From Blepharisma stoltei ATCC 30299 (lineage: Eukaryota > Protista > Ciliophora), in assembly GCA_965603825.1 (NCBI GenBank), contig CBFDEM010000017.1, positions 124,001-188,000 on the forward strand: a stretch of 64,000 nt of DNA, in the 5' to 3' direction. A model generated the notes under the pieces. It did no database searches, had not been told where the DNA came from, and saw nothing but the letters and a program-made list of their open reading frames with translations. Of this stretch, positions 51,691 through 63,737 are shown piece by piece (position 1 is the stretch's first letter; each line of letters starts with the position of its first letter). Both the position numbers and the translations under genes were made by a program.

Positions 51691-52398
51691 ATGAAAATCG
51701 CTTTATTCCTTAGTATTCTTAGCTTTGGATTAGCAGTATCTCCCATAACTCGAGACTCTTCTGCCGTCAAAGCTACCACTCTCTGCTCATCTTGTGTATC
51801 CTTCGCGGAAGATTCTTTATCCATTCTCTACAACAAAATCGTAAACAACTACATTATTGCTGACTGCAGAGGCCTATGTGATGAGCTTTCCTCTGAAATA
51901 GAAAAAATCTTCTGTAAAAGCCTCTGCGAATACGTCGGAATCAAAGCATTTACAGATGCAATTTTATCAGCAGATCTAGATCCAATTTATTTTTGTGAAG
52001 TAGTTGGACAATGCCCAGTAGTCGATGGAGGAAATATTACAGTTACCAGTGCAACAGTAACCCCTGCTTCTGCTTTGCTTGGGGCTGAGTTCTCAATTAA
52101 TATAAATTTCCAGGTTATAAGCAGAACAGGCACTGGAAATATTAAAGTCACAGTCCAGCCTCCAGCACCTTATGATGCTATTACCATGGACACTTTAAAT
52201 ACAGGTTTTGCAGTTGGGCCAGTTACACAGACTTTTTATGTGAAATCTAGTGGGCCAATTGACGATTTGGGTGACAGATTTGTGGCAGGGAATTACGCTG
52301 TTGCAATAGAGATTTGTTCAGGCACTTGTGGGTCGAAGCACGCACATGCTTTCTTATTGGGAAGTGCAAACACAAGCTTTACCATAACTAATAGTTAA
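51691..52398 (+). CDS. Secreted countin-like saposin-B protein, 235 aa
   Basis: Signal peptide; six-Cys saposin pattern with countin-type LCEYVGI..DLDPIYFCE; C-terminal beta domain ending CSGTCGSKH. Confidence 0.75.
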   Translation: MKIALFLSILSFGLAVSPITRDSSAVKATTLCSSCVSFAEDSLSILYNKIVNNYIIADCRGLCDELSSEIEKIFCKSLCEYVGIKAFTDAILSADLDPIYFCEVVGQCPVVDGGNITVTSATVTPASALLGAEFSININFQVISRTGTGNIKVTVQPPAPYDAITMDTLNTGFAVGPVTQTFYVKSSGPIDDLGDRFVAGNYAVAIEICSGTCGSKHAHAFLLGSANTSFTITNS

Positions 52399-52944
52399 TT
52401 ATTTATCTTTTTTATTGAGGGTAGATTCACATAATCTATGAAGCTCAGGCTTATATCCAAAGAAAAACATGACTTCAATCACAACAAACAAAGGAGCTGC
52501 CAAAGTAAGTAAAATGTTGTCTACCAGCGCTGGTCTTTTATTCTCTAATGCGTGCCCTGCAAACTGAAGTCCCCAACAAATGAGTTGGACAAGTCCAACA
52601 AATTTTAGGTGGCTTGGACCGTAATAAATGAATGTATAATTACCCACAAAATATAGAGCCGAATAAAGGACAGCTGCGACTAATCCTGAAGGAAAATCGA
52701 GCTTGATGTAAAGTAACAGAATTATTGCCAAAGGAATTATACCGAGGTGAATTTCAGTAAGCGGGTTGGTCCCAATACGCCACGAAAAATGAGCGAATAA
52801 GCTGATTAATGTATATAGAATCTGAGGGACACAGATAACGTGAATTATCTTATTTCTAAGTAAAATTTACATTGCAGTGGTATGATACTTTCCGTAGTCT
52901 GCGTATAAGTCTTCAATTGTACGTGAGAAGTCTAGGATGCCCAT
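52399..52944 (-). CDS. Mpo1-like (DUF962) membrane protein, ~176 aa, one intron
   Basis: YGKYH..NKIIHVICVP, LQFAGH..ENKRPALVDN..APLFVVIE; intron 52856-52870. Confidence 0.85.
52856..52870 (-). other. 15-nt intron GTAAATTTTACTTAG
   Basis: Removes an in-frame TAA and restores HTTAINKIIH; A at position 10. Confidence 0.9.
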
Positions 52945-53055
52945 ATTTTCGCCAAATTATAAGATAATAAAATACCTATTTTTGGTGTGATATCATCAAA
53001 ACGATTTAAAATAAAAATGGTTAAAGGGAAATAAATTTTATGAAAATAATTTAGG

Positions 53056-56000
53056 CTAATAATAAAGTTGTGTAGATCCTTCTAATTTGTAGAGTTCAGA
53101 TAAAGGAATTGAATAAGCTTTTTTTGGCGATTCGTCAACTTGGATTTCTGTTATTTGGGAATTTTCGCTTATGATGACTTGTTTTAGCTGGAAATTATTT
53201 ATTGGCTGGGAATTTTGATAGGCTAATACAGGGATATAAAGATTTTTTAAAGGGAAAGAGTCATTTTCTACATCAATACATGAGCAGCAATAAATTGTAT
53301 TTTTTGGGATATAAATAATATGTGTTACTCTTGACTTTATATGTAATTTTTCTTCCAAATTTTCATCGTAATTCTTATCTATATTAACTGTTTCAGTATG
53401 AAGCAGCTCATCACACACATTTCATATGGATTTATTACCATTATTTGCATATTCATGTATTTCTGCTAAATCTGACCTAATTTCTTGGTCTTCATAATGT
53501 GAAGCCAATTTTTCTAAATTTTCTAAAATAATTGAAATTAATCCAGGTTTACTATTCACGTTAAATTCTATTTCTATGGCTGTTGGAGCTTTTTCACGCT
53601 GAATTTCATCATTTTTTGTCTCAGAATTTCCATTTAAAATCAAGTTAATTTGCTCACATAAGGCTGGGTATGGATCAATTATAGGGAAACTCAATGTGGA
53701 TTTTTCGATTTCCTGCTCAAGGTTGGTAACAATCGATTTATGTGGAAATTCATTATTATCGAAGCCTGATAGAACTTTTATGATGCTTTCTGTAAGATTT
53801 GGGTCGATTTCTCAACTTGACTCGTCTGTAAATGGGATTCTCATTATATAGGAAAATCCAGTTGATAAATAATCTTCAAATTTAACATTTTGATACATTT
53901 GATACATCATCAATACAATTGAAAGCCTATGAAAGAGTTTTCCATTTATAATATCATGCTGTTTTCTATCTCTAACTCTTAATAAGCATTGAATTAGCAT
54001 TGATAACGATATTTCATAAGTATTTTTCTTTTTATTTCGTAATTGAATTATAAGTGGCTCACGGCATTCTGGGACTAGTGCAATTAATTTTAAATTGGAG
54101 TAAGCTTCAACAGCTTTAATTTCTTGCAAAGTACACATTATTGATTTAGGTGGGTGATTTTTGTCTAAAAAAATTATTTGTTTTTCATGAGAATTTGACA
54201 TTGTTGCATTTTTAAGCTGGTCAAAAAAAGTGGTCCTAGAGCTATTATGAGTTTTTCGAAACGCTTTTTCTCTGTCATAATTCCTACGTTTTTTCATGTA
54301 TTCTGACATGCAGCGATTTCTAATATCATCTGAACAAATTGTCTTGAGAACTATCCCATTTTCATCTGAATACCTTTGTAAAGCAGCCAGAAAAGATGCT
54401 TTTCCCATACAAGGAATTCCCATAGGAACAATTATATAAGCCATTTTACCTGAACATATGGGTTTTTCAGGGCATTCTTTCTGCTCTTCTTCTACTTTTT
54501 GCATATCATTTTCAATAGGAGCTGGCAGTTCTTCAATTCTCTCTTGAATTATTTCTAAAAGTTCTTTTATAGGCTTATTTTCTGCATCTATTACATAGGC
54601 AGGATATTGATTTTGTAAAAATTCTTTATCAGTAGTCCACTCTGATAACAATTTTGATAGCCTAGGACCAATATCTTTTCTTTTTAAAAATGGAAGCACG
54701 CATGAAGGAACAGTTGAAGGGTTTGCATTTGCATATGCTTTAAGCTCCTCTTCACATCTTATAATGCCTTCACTTGTGGCCCCATAAAACACAATTAAAG
54801 CATTTTGCTTGAAATTTTTACTGATTTTGACTCTGTGAGACAAAAAGCATAATTTGAAGCCTTTTTCGACTTTTGAAGTTTCGTTTCATTGGTAAACTAC
54901 TTCATTAGGTTTTAAGACATCTAAAAATAATTCTGCTTCTTTTGGGGTAATAAAGCAAGGTGGAGAATTTATAATAATTGATAAAGGCTTTCTTTCAATG
55001 CTTTTTTCATGGCTTAAAAATGGCACTGGAGCGACACCATCCACGATTTGTCTTATTTTATCAAGAAAGTCGATATACCCTTTTTTGAACCTTTCAATGT
55101 ATTTGCTTTCTTTTACATACTCAAATGCAGTTGCTGCAATTTCAAAGTAATAGTCAAGCGGCCTTGGGAGCTCATAGTCTTTAACTAAATCTTTTACTTC
55201 TTTTTTTAGCTTGTTAAGCAATATTAGGGCATTAGCTGGATTTTTTTTTGATGATATTGCTTTTGCTTTTTGTCTCAGTTTTCTGAATATTCTGTATTCA
55301 AGAGTTTTTATTTTGCAAAGCGAAAGGGTTTCTTGGCTGTTGACAGCCGAATAAAATTCAGGATTCATATAAAAATCGAAATTTTCTTGAGAAATTGTCT
55401 CAGAAGCTGATGTAAGCAAATGATTTTCGGTATGGTCATTTTTGACTATATAAATAACACTCCCCTCTTCTTCAGACTCAAGACTTTGTGATGAAATACT
55501 TTTATACAAGTTTTCCAGTGCACTATAAAATACAGCCAAAGACGCAAAATTTCCTACATGCTCCATTTTCACACTTTTCAGCCTATATTTCGCAAATAAA
55601 GCGCTAGCCCTCAAAGGTGGCAAACACGGCCTCGAAGACTCATTATTAATATATGCATAAAACATTATATCAATCTTCTGATATCTCACTAAATGCTGAT
55701 GATTTAGATCACCTACATATTCTCCTGCAATCGTAAAGCCAGTTAAATCCTGTTTAAGTTCTTCTAATTCCTGCTCATTTAAATTTAATAAAATTTTGAA
55801 CCATTCTTCTCCTATTACTTTTACAAACTCATATCGATTATTTGAGTAAATTTTGAGGTCCTCAGAAACCCTTGCAGCTAAGCTTACGTTTTTTGAAGCA
55901 ATAATCCAGGCATTTAAATGAGGGCTATACGAAAACTGGGCGTTTTCTCCATTTGCTTTATTCAATTTATATAAATCAATAGTAGCGCCTTCTCTTAATA

Positions 56001-56496
56001 AAGCGAATTCTGCTTCATAAAAGATCATTCTTCTGATAGCTTCTTTGTGGGAGGATGATAAAGAGATAGGGAATGACCCTGAAAAGCTGCCGGTCAGCAT
56101 TAAATTTTTAGTTTGCCGGTGATTGAGAAATTCAATAGATAAGTCAAAAAATTTCGAGAGCCCTTTTCTGGCCCATAAAATATTTTCAATAATAATATCC
56201 TTTCCATTATCCTTGATTAATTTTTCAGGATCAATATATTTTTTTATTTCTTTCTGAGGCTTAACAAAAATTGAGTTACCTCTTCTAATGTTAGTCCGGA
56301 TAAGATCATCTTTTATATATGTTTTGTCTTCATCGCACCCTTTAGACTTGGTAGAAATATCATAAAGGATATAATCATTGTCAAATGGGATCAGAAGCCC
56401 AGCGTACTTTAATTTCTGTGATGGCAGACCTGAGGTTGCCCATCTGAGAATCGAAATAAGGTCAAGCTTTTCAAGCCACTTTTCCTGCCTTTCCAT
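53056..56496 (-). CDS. Trl1-like RNA ligase / polynucleotide kinase fusion, ~1146 aa
   Basis: Four track ORFs share one frame, joined by TGA at 54886, 53812 and 53422. Ligase motifs KANG(E), ASKN, GEY, EEEG, CKIK; kinase-like GIPCMGK and FLDKNHP. Confidence 0.7.
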
Positions 56497-56545
56497 ATAA
56501 GCCTTATTATTTTAGAGTCATAAAATTGATTATGCGGATCTATAT

Positions 56546-57463
56546 ATGGCACATATCACAAAATTTCTTAATAAACTTCCTCCAGCAAACCATATAATTG
56601 CTTATGGCTCTACGATTCTTAAAAAACCAGGGCAAGGTATAGATCCCAATGCTCAAATTGACCTGATAATCAGTGTAAAGGATTCTTTGACTTGGCATAA
56701 AGAGAATATGAAGGAAAACCCATCAGATTATTCACAAAAAGCATTAAAATCTGGAGCTGAGTACTTAATTTCATCAGTAAAAAAAGCGGCTGGGATTCAT
56801 TATAATCCACTTATAGAATTTGAAGGAAAAAAGTTTAAATACGGAGTGTGCGAAATTTACGATCTTTGTCAGGATTTACGGAACTGGGATACTCTTTATT
56901 TAGCGGGAAGGTTCCAAAAGCCAACCCTTGCATTAGTAGAAGATAAATCAGTAATAGAAGCACAAACTACTAATTTAAAGTCAGCTCTAGCTTTTGCAGT
57001 CTTAACCCTTCCTTCTCTTACTACTGAAGATAAACTTTATGAGAAAATAACCACAATATCTTATAAAGGTGATAGAAGGGTAGAAGACCCTAATAAAATA
57101 AGAAATATCGTTGAAGGAAATATGAAGGAATTTAGGACATTATATGAAAAATATATAAAAGATTTAGGATTAAGCTTAGAAAACGGCGTCCTTGAGGTAA
57201 GGTTTAGGTAGAGGCAATGAGATATCGAAAAATTGATAGAGAAGCTGCCTAAATGAATACAGGAGGAGAATCCACATTTAGTATATTTGGAAAACGAGAC
57301 CAGAGAAGAAGCTTTATTTAATTCTGTATCACAGAAAAATGCGTATTATTCTAGTCAACAAATAAAGCACGCAGTTAGGACAACTGGGCTCTTGAAAATA
57401 ATCGAATATTCCTGGGCAAAATTAATGAAAGCAATTAAAGGAAGAAGTAATAAAAACAAATAA
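56546..57463 (+). CDS. TAM41: Mitochondrial phosphatidate cytidylyltransferase Tam41, ~300 aa, one intron
   Basis: AYGS, IDLI, WHKEN..NPSDYS, KYGV, WDTLYLAGRFQKP, ISYKGD.R.EDPNKIRNIV; the C-terminal exon contains two TGA. Confidence 0.93.
57197..57211 (+). other. 15-nt intron GTAAGGTTTAGGTAG
   Basis: Terminal TAG is in frame; removal adds the Tam41 C-terminal helices; A at position 10. Confidence 0.88.
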
Positions 57464-58265
57464 AGCTATTAAACATGTTTAGGCAAGCTATTTTTTATTA
57501 GACAGATTTATCAAAATAAATTTTATAATAATCATCGGGTATTTACCTTCTATTTATATTTTTTGCTGATATCATTTATTATGAACTTAATTTTATTTCA
57601 TTAATGAAAATGAAACCAATATATAAAAACAAACAAAATGTAGCAAATTCAGAATTTAAATACTGGAAACTGTGGGGCTAAAGCTAGAGGTTTTCTGAGA
57701 AACCTTCAAGACAGAGAAGCTTAAAACTCTTTAAAGTATTATCCAATAATGATGAAGTTTGTCATTTTGGTGATTGGAATTGTAGATACCATATGTCACA
57801 ATTTCTTTAGAAGCTTTAAATTAAACATTGGCTTGAAGAAATTTTTAGAGAAGATGTAAGAAAAGTATCCTTGAATTAAATGGAGTAGAAAGCAGCTGAA
57901 AAATCTGTTTCGGCCAGAATTCCTTATAGAGTTATTTGAGTCCAAATTTATTCATAATCCTACAAGATACAAATGGGTTCTTAACCAAAATATTACCCTA
58001 AACTAGCCTCAATTTTCATCAAATTACTAAATATCTTAATAAAAATGTTCATTATTGAAAGTAAAAATATTATTTAATGACGTAATTATTATGAATTATT
58101 CAAGCATCTGCATTTCATATTTTTCTCCAAAATGACTTAAAAGACCTCTCCTAGCTTCTAATTTATATAAGCATTTACAATTAGTTGCGAGCCTTTACCA
58201 AGCATAACTGACGCCATTTTTAAGACTGATAAACTATAAACACTATCTTAATTTTTTAAATTATT

Positions 58266-58565
58266 TTATTCAAGTTGTGTCCATGTCGACGTCCTTGTCG
58301 TCCTCCTACTCAATCCAGGATGTTTAGTTTTAGTTTCTAAATTTCCATTGGATTTCTTTAATTTCTAAATGATTCTTACATCATTAAGTAACTTATGATT
58401 TACAACCATCGAAAGGAAAAGTTCTTCTTTGCTTTCGCCTCTCAATTGGTATTTTCCTGATTTTTTGTGTTTAGAAAATTCTTTTTTTACTTTAGCTTTG
58501 ATAGAAATTTCCTTTGTTATAGCGATGGTTTCATTTGGCTTAACTCTATCTGAACAGCAACCCAT
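58266..58565 (-). CDS. Small basic protein with N-terminal MGCC dual-acylation motif, ~94 aa; intron 58365-58379
   Basis: MGCCS start; 15-nt GTAAGAATCATTTAG with A at position 10; frame continues to TAA at 58266. Confidence 0.65.
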
Positions 58566-58679
58566 TTTTATTAATATATCTTTATTTTATGAATGATAAT
58601 AAAACACATGAGATTTCCCAATCCCAGGTCAAAAAATAAAACTATAAATATACATAAAATTTTGCAAATTATATATTAA

Positions 58680-60302
58680 ATGGAAGAAACCTCTATTGAA
58701 GTTTTAAGAGCAGCTAAGCAATCTTTTCTTAGGGAAGAAATCATTGAAAAAGATTTTTCCACTGATGATTTTATTTTATTTTGTGACCAAAAAAAATCGT
58801 CAAATATTGATGACTGGACTTTAGAAGAACTTAAAGAAATTGTAAAAGAATTTAAATCAGTTTTTCATACAATTGCAGAAGAACAAAAAGAAATATCAGA
58901 AAATGAGCCAAAACTCAGCAAAGAAGGCTCATTAGATACCATTGAAAGTCCTATTAAGACTGAGCTGCTTACTACAGAACCCAACAAAATCAGAAGTTTA
59001 AGCGATTCTAGAGAAGATCGAAACCCTGAAATAAAGCAAAAGCCTGTATCTCTTTATACAATAACCACTTATAAGGCACCAGACACTGCGCTTTCTCTAC
59101 AAGATTTTGTGGAAATAAAAGTTGAAAAGTAATGATTACTCAGTGCCAAAATTTCTAGCGGCGGGATGTTTTCTTCAGCAAAAATCAGTTTTCCTATAGT
59201 CACACAGCCACTAGGGTGGATCGTAAAAAGGCAAATTGAAGATTTTGTTTGGCTTAGGAATATTTTAGCAACAGTTTATCCAGCCAATTATGTGCCTCCA
59301 AATCCTCCGAAAAGGGTGATGAATTCTACTAAAAATGAAGCTTTAAGCAAGCAGCAGTCATATTTACAAAGGTTTCTTGCTGCAATTGTAAGAAATCCTT
59401 TATTTAGAAGATGCGAATATTTAGTATCATTTTTAAGCCAAGATGATGAAAAAGCATTCGCAAATGTAAAAAAAGAAAGCTTAAAGGTAAAAAGACCTGA
59501 GTTATTAGAAAATTTTTGAACTTTAGATGGAAATGCTATTTGTGATCCATACATTGTAGAACAAGAAAATTCTAAATTTGATGAATATCTTAATATTACA
59601 GAAATAACCAAAAAAAAGTTAAAAAGACAGACTGATGAAATTGTGGCGATTTTTAAAGATTTATCAGGGAGAATAACAGAAATTGCAAGAAGTTTTGAGG
59701 TTTTGGAGAATATACAGGTGCAGCTTCCTGATATACCTGGAACTAAGCCTTTGTATGGATGCTTGAAGGAGTCGTTTTTTCATTGGTCAGCTCATACTTT
59801 TGATACTGCAAATTTAATCCAAAGCTATTGCAATTTATTTTTCAAGTATGGATATAATGAACTTATTCCGCTAAAAGAAATGGCAAGAGAAAGGGATACA
59901 AAATTATCGAATTATTTGAAAAGTTATCAGAGATTGCAGCAGAAAAAAGATAAATTGTGGATTAATGGAGATATATATAAATGAGGAATGAAGCCAGAAC
60001 ATGCCAATATTGATCCAGGGTTACTCCAAACGGACAAAGAGCTCGCCTTCCCAAAAATGCTTTATAAAGAATCCAAAGAGATTGAAAAACAAAAAGATGA
60101 AGCCGCTCATCTGAATTTTCAAGTAAAATCTGAAATGAGACGAATATTACTAGACAACCAACTTATTGAAAATCTGCATTTTTCAGACCTGGGGAAGTCT
60201 TTTACCGACCATATGTCTCATATGCACCTGATATGAAATGAATTAGTCGCGAAATTAGCGAATATTCGGTCACGGTGTATCCCTTCAAGGTCTCATATTT
60301 AA
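58680..60302 (+). CDS. Sorting nexin (PX-BAR-like), ~535 aa; intron 59129-59143
   Basis: PX motif WIVKRQIEDFVWLR..PPNPPK..YLQRFL; helical C-terminal half; intron GTAATGATTACTCAG; TGA at 59517, 59982 and 60234. Confidence 0.85.
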
Positions 60303-60333
60303 TTTTATATAGGCGAAATAATACATTAATTAT

Positions 60334-61497
60334 TTATAAAGAATTTCTATGTGAAAATCGGCCACGGATTGTATGGTGTTCTGCAATAGTATTGCTTGAT
60401 TTGAAATTAAATTTATAAAATCTTTCAATTGTGATATCTCTTAACTTTTCCAAAGTATTTTTATAAAAATTTTTCGGGCTATCATTAATCGGAGTTATCA
60501 TATGGATGCTAGAATTTCTGCTTAAAGTTTGTGTTATCAATTTCTGTGCTCTTTGGCTTGCTAGTGGAAAAACCTGTGCTCTTTTCCCTGACCTCGATTT
60601 TGTCTGCAGCCTAGCTCTATCATTCACATTATTTCTACTAATAAATTTTGTTTTGCTCAGTCCTACAAGTTTAAACATAACCTCTTCAGGAATTAAAGGC
60701 AAAATATCAGCCCTTTTGGCTTTATAAAATTTCGCAGACTCAGTTCATACAGAAACGGTGAATTCAGCTCTTTTCCCTAGCAGCACACATTCGTCTGCAA
60801 TGCTGCAGCCTCTACCTACAGTCATGATATTTCTTCTTTTGGGAGGGACTCCTTTGCTTAGTACACATTCTCCATCTATAATATAGAATAAAGTTTCGCT
60901 GAAGGATCCTTCTTCGACTATTAAGTCTTTTTTATGATATTCGGTTAGCTCAAAGGCATAAGCAATTTTTTCTCTTATGCTATTTGAATAAAGTTTGAAA
61001 TCAGGGATATATATATTTAAAAAATCCACTTTATCATTTAACTCAGCTGATACGTTCATCATCATAAGCGATTTAAATTTGTCACCATTCAATGCAAGCA
61101 ATATCACATATCCTTTAGCCACAGCTGACAGCTGTCTAGGCTGGTCTCTTATTAGTCCTCTTTCTCCTATCATCTTCCCTTTAGGAAGAGTCGCTATTAA
61201 TTTCTCAGATCCATCAGACGTGATATCTATCATATTCAGGTGTCCTCTCAGAATTATGTACAGTTTATCACTTTTCGCGCCTTTATGAAAAATTTCTTGG
61301 CCTGGAGTGTACTCTTCTAAATAAAAATTAAGGGCAAGCTGATGGAGAGCACGCTTAGATAAATCAGCCGTATAACTTGCTAAATCCTCTAGAGTTTGCA
61401 TATACTCCAATAGTTGTTCTACTTCTGAATTCGACCTGTCTACTTTTTGAAGGATATCATATATATTTTCTGGGATATTTTTTCGAGCTTTTTGCAT
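60334..61497 (-). CDS. Tandem cyclic-nucleotide-binding domain protein, ~387 aa
   Basis: IFHKG..LYIILRG..GERGLI..PRQLSA, then a second repeat IVEEG..FYIIDGEC; TGA at 60745. Confidence 0.85.
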
Positions 61498-61527
61498 TAT
61501 CAGCTTAAAATTATTTTAAATAAATTT

Positions 61528-63496
61528 TTAACAAATTTTATTAGTAAAACTCAAGTTTTTCCTAGGTAAAGAATTTTGAGGAGTCAGTAATGACTGAGAA
61601 AATTCCTAATTATTAAGATACCTGGATAAATAAAGAATTTGGAATTAAATCGCAAAACAGCTGATAATCAATTCCTAAGAGCTGTGCACGTCTTCTTCCA
61701 AAAATGCTTGAAAGAAACTCGTTTACCAATCTAATTAAGCTTTACACTTGGCATTCCTCATATATTGGTGTATTTTGAGGTAAAGACATTATCATGTCAT
61801 TTATTTCATCACAAGTTAGCAGCCCATCTGAATTTCTATCATATATACTAAACGCAAATTTTGATGGCTCTTCCTGTCTAAAAATCACCTTCAAAATCAC
61901 ATAGCACTTCATCAAAAAGCTTGGTTTCGTGATATCTCTATGGCCTGGCCCTGATAAATAATTATAGAAGCATTTAGAGACATGGTCACATTTTGCACCA
62001 AAAATTTTGGGCAAGTTTTCTAATATAGAATTCAATGATATAAGTTTTTGGTTTTTAAATGAAGGACATCTCATCATTTCAAATTTTTCTAATAATAACT
62101 GACGGTCAGTAGTATTATATAGAAACATAGCTTTTTCTAGTTCATTATAATATGAATAATTGGTTTGGGATTCATATTCTCGCTTTCTATCTTCATTAGA
62201 AAGGATATCCATAAGGATTTCTTCACTTGGCCGCCTTTCAGGGGCTTTTGGGGTGAGGTCTTTGTGATAGCTGTTGTTAATACTGTAGCCTAATAAATAA
62301 GACATAATGTCATCAAATATATGAGGCTTGAAGTAAGTAAATATTTTGGAAAATTCAGGGAGAGATAGAGCTTCAGGCTTGTTTGTGGGAAACTGCAAAG
62401 AGGTGTCGGCTTGTTCTGTGTCGCCTGTATTTAAGTAACTTACTCTTCGTCTTATATCATTTTCATTTCTAATGGACTTTTTAGACTCAGAGCCCGCCGC
62501 TTTCTTTGTATTCATTGCTTCCCTTAACTTAAGCACATCTTTTTCAAAAATCTTCAGTGCATCAGCAGACATAGCACAATATGCATCATGATAACAAATA
62601 AAATTATCCTTATTAAAGTCATACAAATCAAAACAAAATTTCAGAATTTTTTCATCAGGGTAATTAATTATTTTTTCAATTTCTACAAGTCATTTGTTAA
62701 AATTGTATTTATCCAAATAAAAGTATTTTAAAATTGCCTCAACCATTTCGCTTGGGTACCTATTAAGCAAATATTCTTTTAAATTTTCGCTGCTTAATTT
62801 AATTTCTCTTGAAATCATGCTATCATCTTTTGCTATAACTTTAAACGTTGAAAATACCTCTGGCCTTGATCTGTCTACACATATAGTGAAAACCCCTTTT
62901 CTTCTCTGTTTTGAAGCGAATTTATTTTTTTTATAAATTTTACTTTTCCCCATATTTGGGGTAATAATGTCGAGAGAAATATTATGAGATTTCCTATCTG
63001 GCTCTGTGTATAAAACTGATATATTTTCCACTGATTGTTTGTTATTTCTTGTAAATCTTCGATCAGTTATAGACATATCATGAATTGAAGACTGTGACCT
63101 CTTGTTTTCATTATGAGGACTATTATATCTGTTTTTAGAGAGTGATGTTGAATTTTCTCTGTATGTCTGAATTTTCTTTATTAAAATGCCTTTTTGGCAT
63201 GCTTGTCTTTTAAAATACTGGTAAACTTCTGGGTGATTTTTCAGTTTATCGAAAAATTTTTGGAAGAACCCAAAATCTTTGTGCATCAGAGGTAGCTCAA
63301 CTTGTGGATTTATAGCAGGGTTTCTATTAGAAAGACCTCTTTTTGCATGAGTAAATGATGGTCCATAATTTTCGTTTTCTTTGACTTCTTCTATGCTTTT
63401 GAGATTTTTTATATGGGAAATTGAATATGCACTAGTAATAGAGTCTGTTTTCAAAACTGGAATTTTTATTTGATTTTTCCTGTACTTTTGAGCCAT
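61528..63496 (-). CDS. EF-hand (calcineurin-B/NCS-like) protein, ~640 aa; introns 61874-61888, 61731-61745 and 61606-61621 (16 nt)
   Basis: EF loops YDFNKDNFICYHD and YDRNSDGLLTCDE; TGA at 62690. Introns GTGATTTTTAGACAG (stop-free, less certain), GTAAAGCTTAATTAG and GTATCTTAATAATTAG give an intact frame to TAA at 61528. Confidence 0.75.
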
Positions 63497-63737
63497 CTCA
63501 CAGACTTGTATATTATTAATATTTAAAATGATTTGACACGTTAAAAAATAAAATATTTGGAATTTTGCTTGACAAATATATGAAATTAATGAGAATAAAG
63601 GTTTATAAAGCTGATTATTTAATGTTTTTTGTTAAACTTCATAATTTTTATATATATTCGACAATGATGATTTTAGGCTAAAGACATTTTTATTAGATAT
63701 TTAAAAATCCTATTTTGTGCATGATAATTTTCTTTTG

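Noticed and set aside
57600-58250. Possible gene or IES/MITE in the gap after TAM41
   Set aside because: The reading frames I tried are interrupted by TAA/TAG, and I see no terminal inverted repeats or recognisable homology.
451-63496. Treating the many short track ORFs as separate genes or nonsense-riddled pseudogenes
   Set aside because: The pieces share one frame and are separated only by TGA or by 15/16-nt introns.
451-63496. UGA as selenocysteine or Cys (Euplotes-type), or a mitochondrial/Mollicute origin
   Set aside because: TGA aligns with conserved Trp in ordinary nuclear eukaryotic genes that carry spliceosomal introns.
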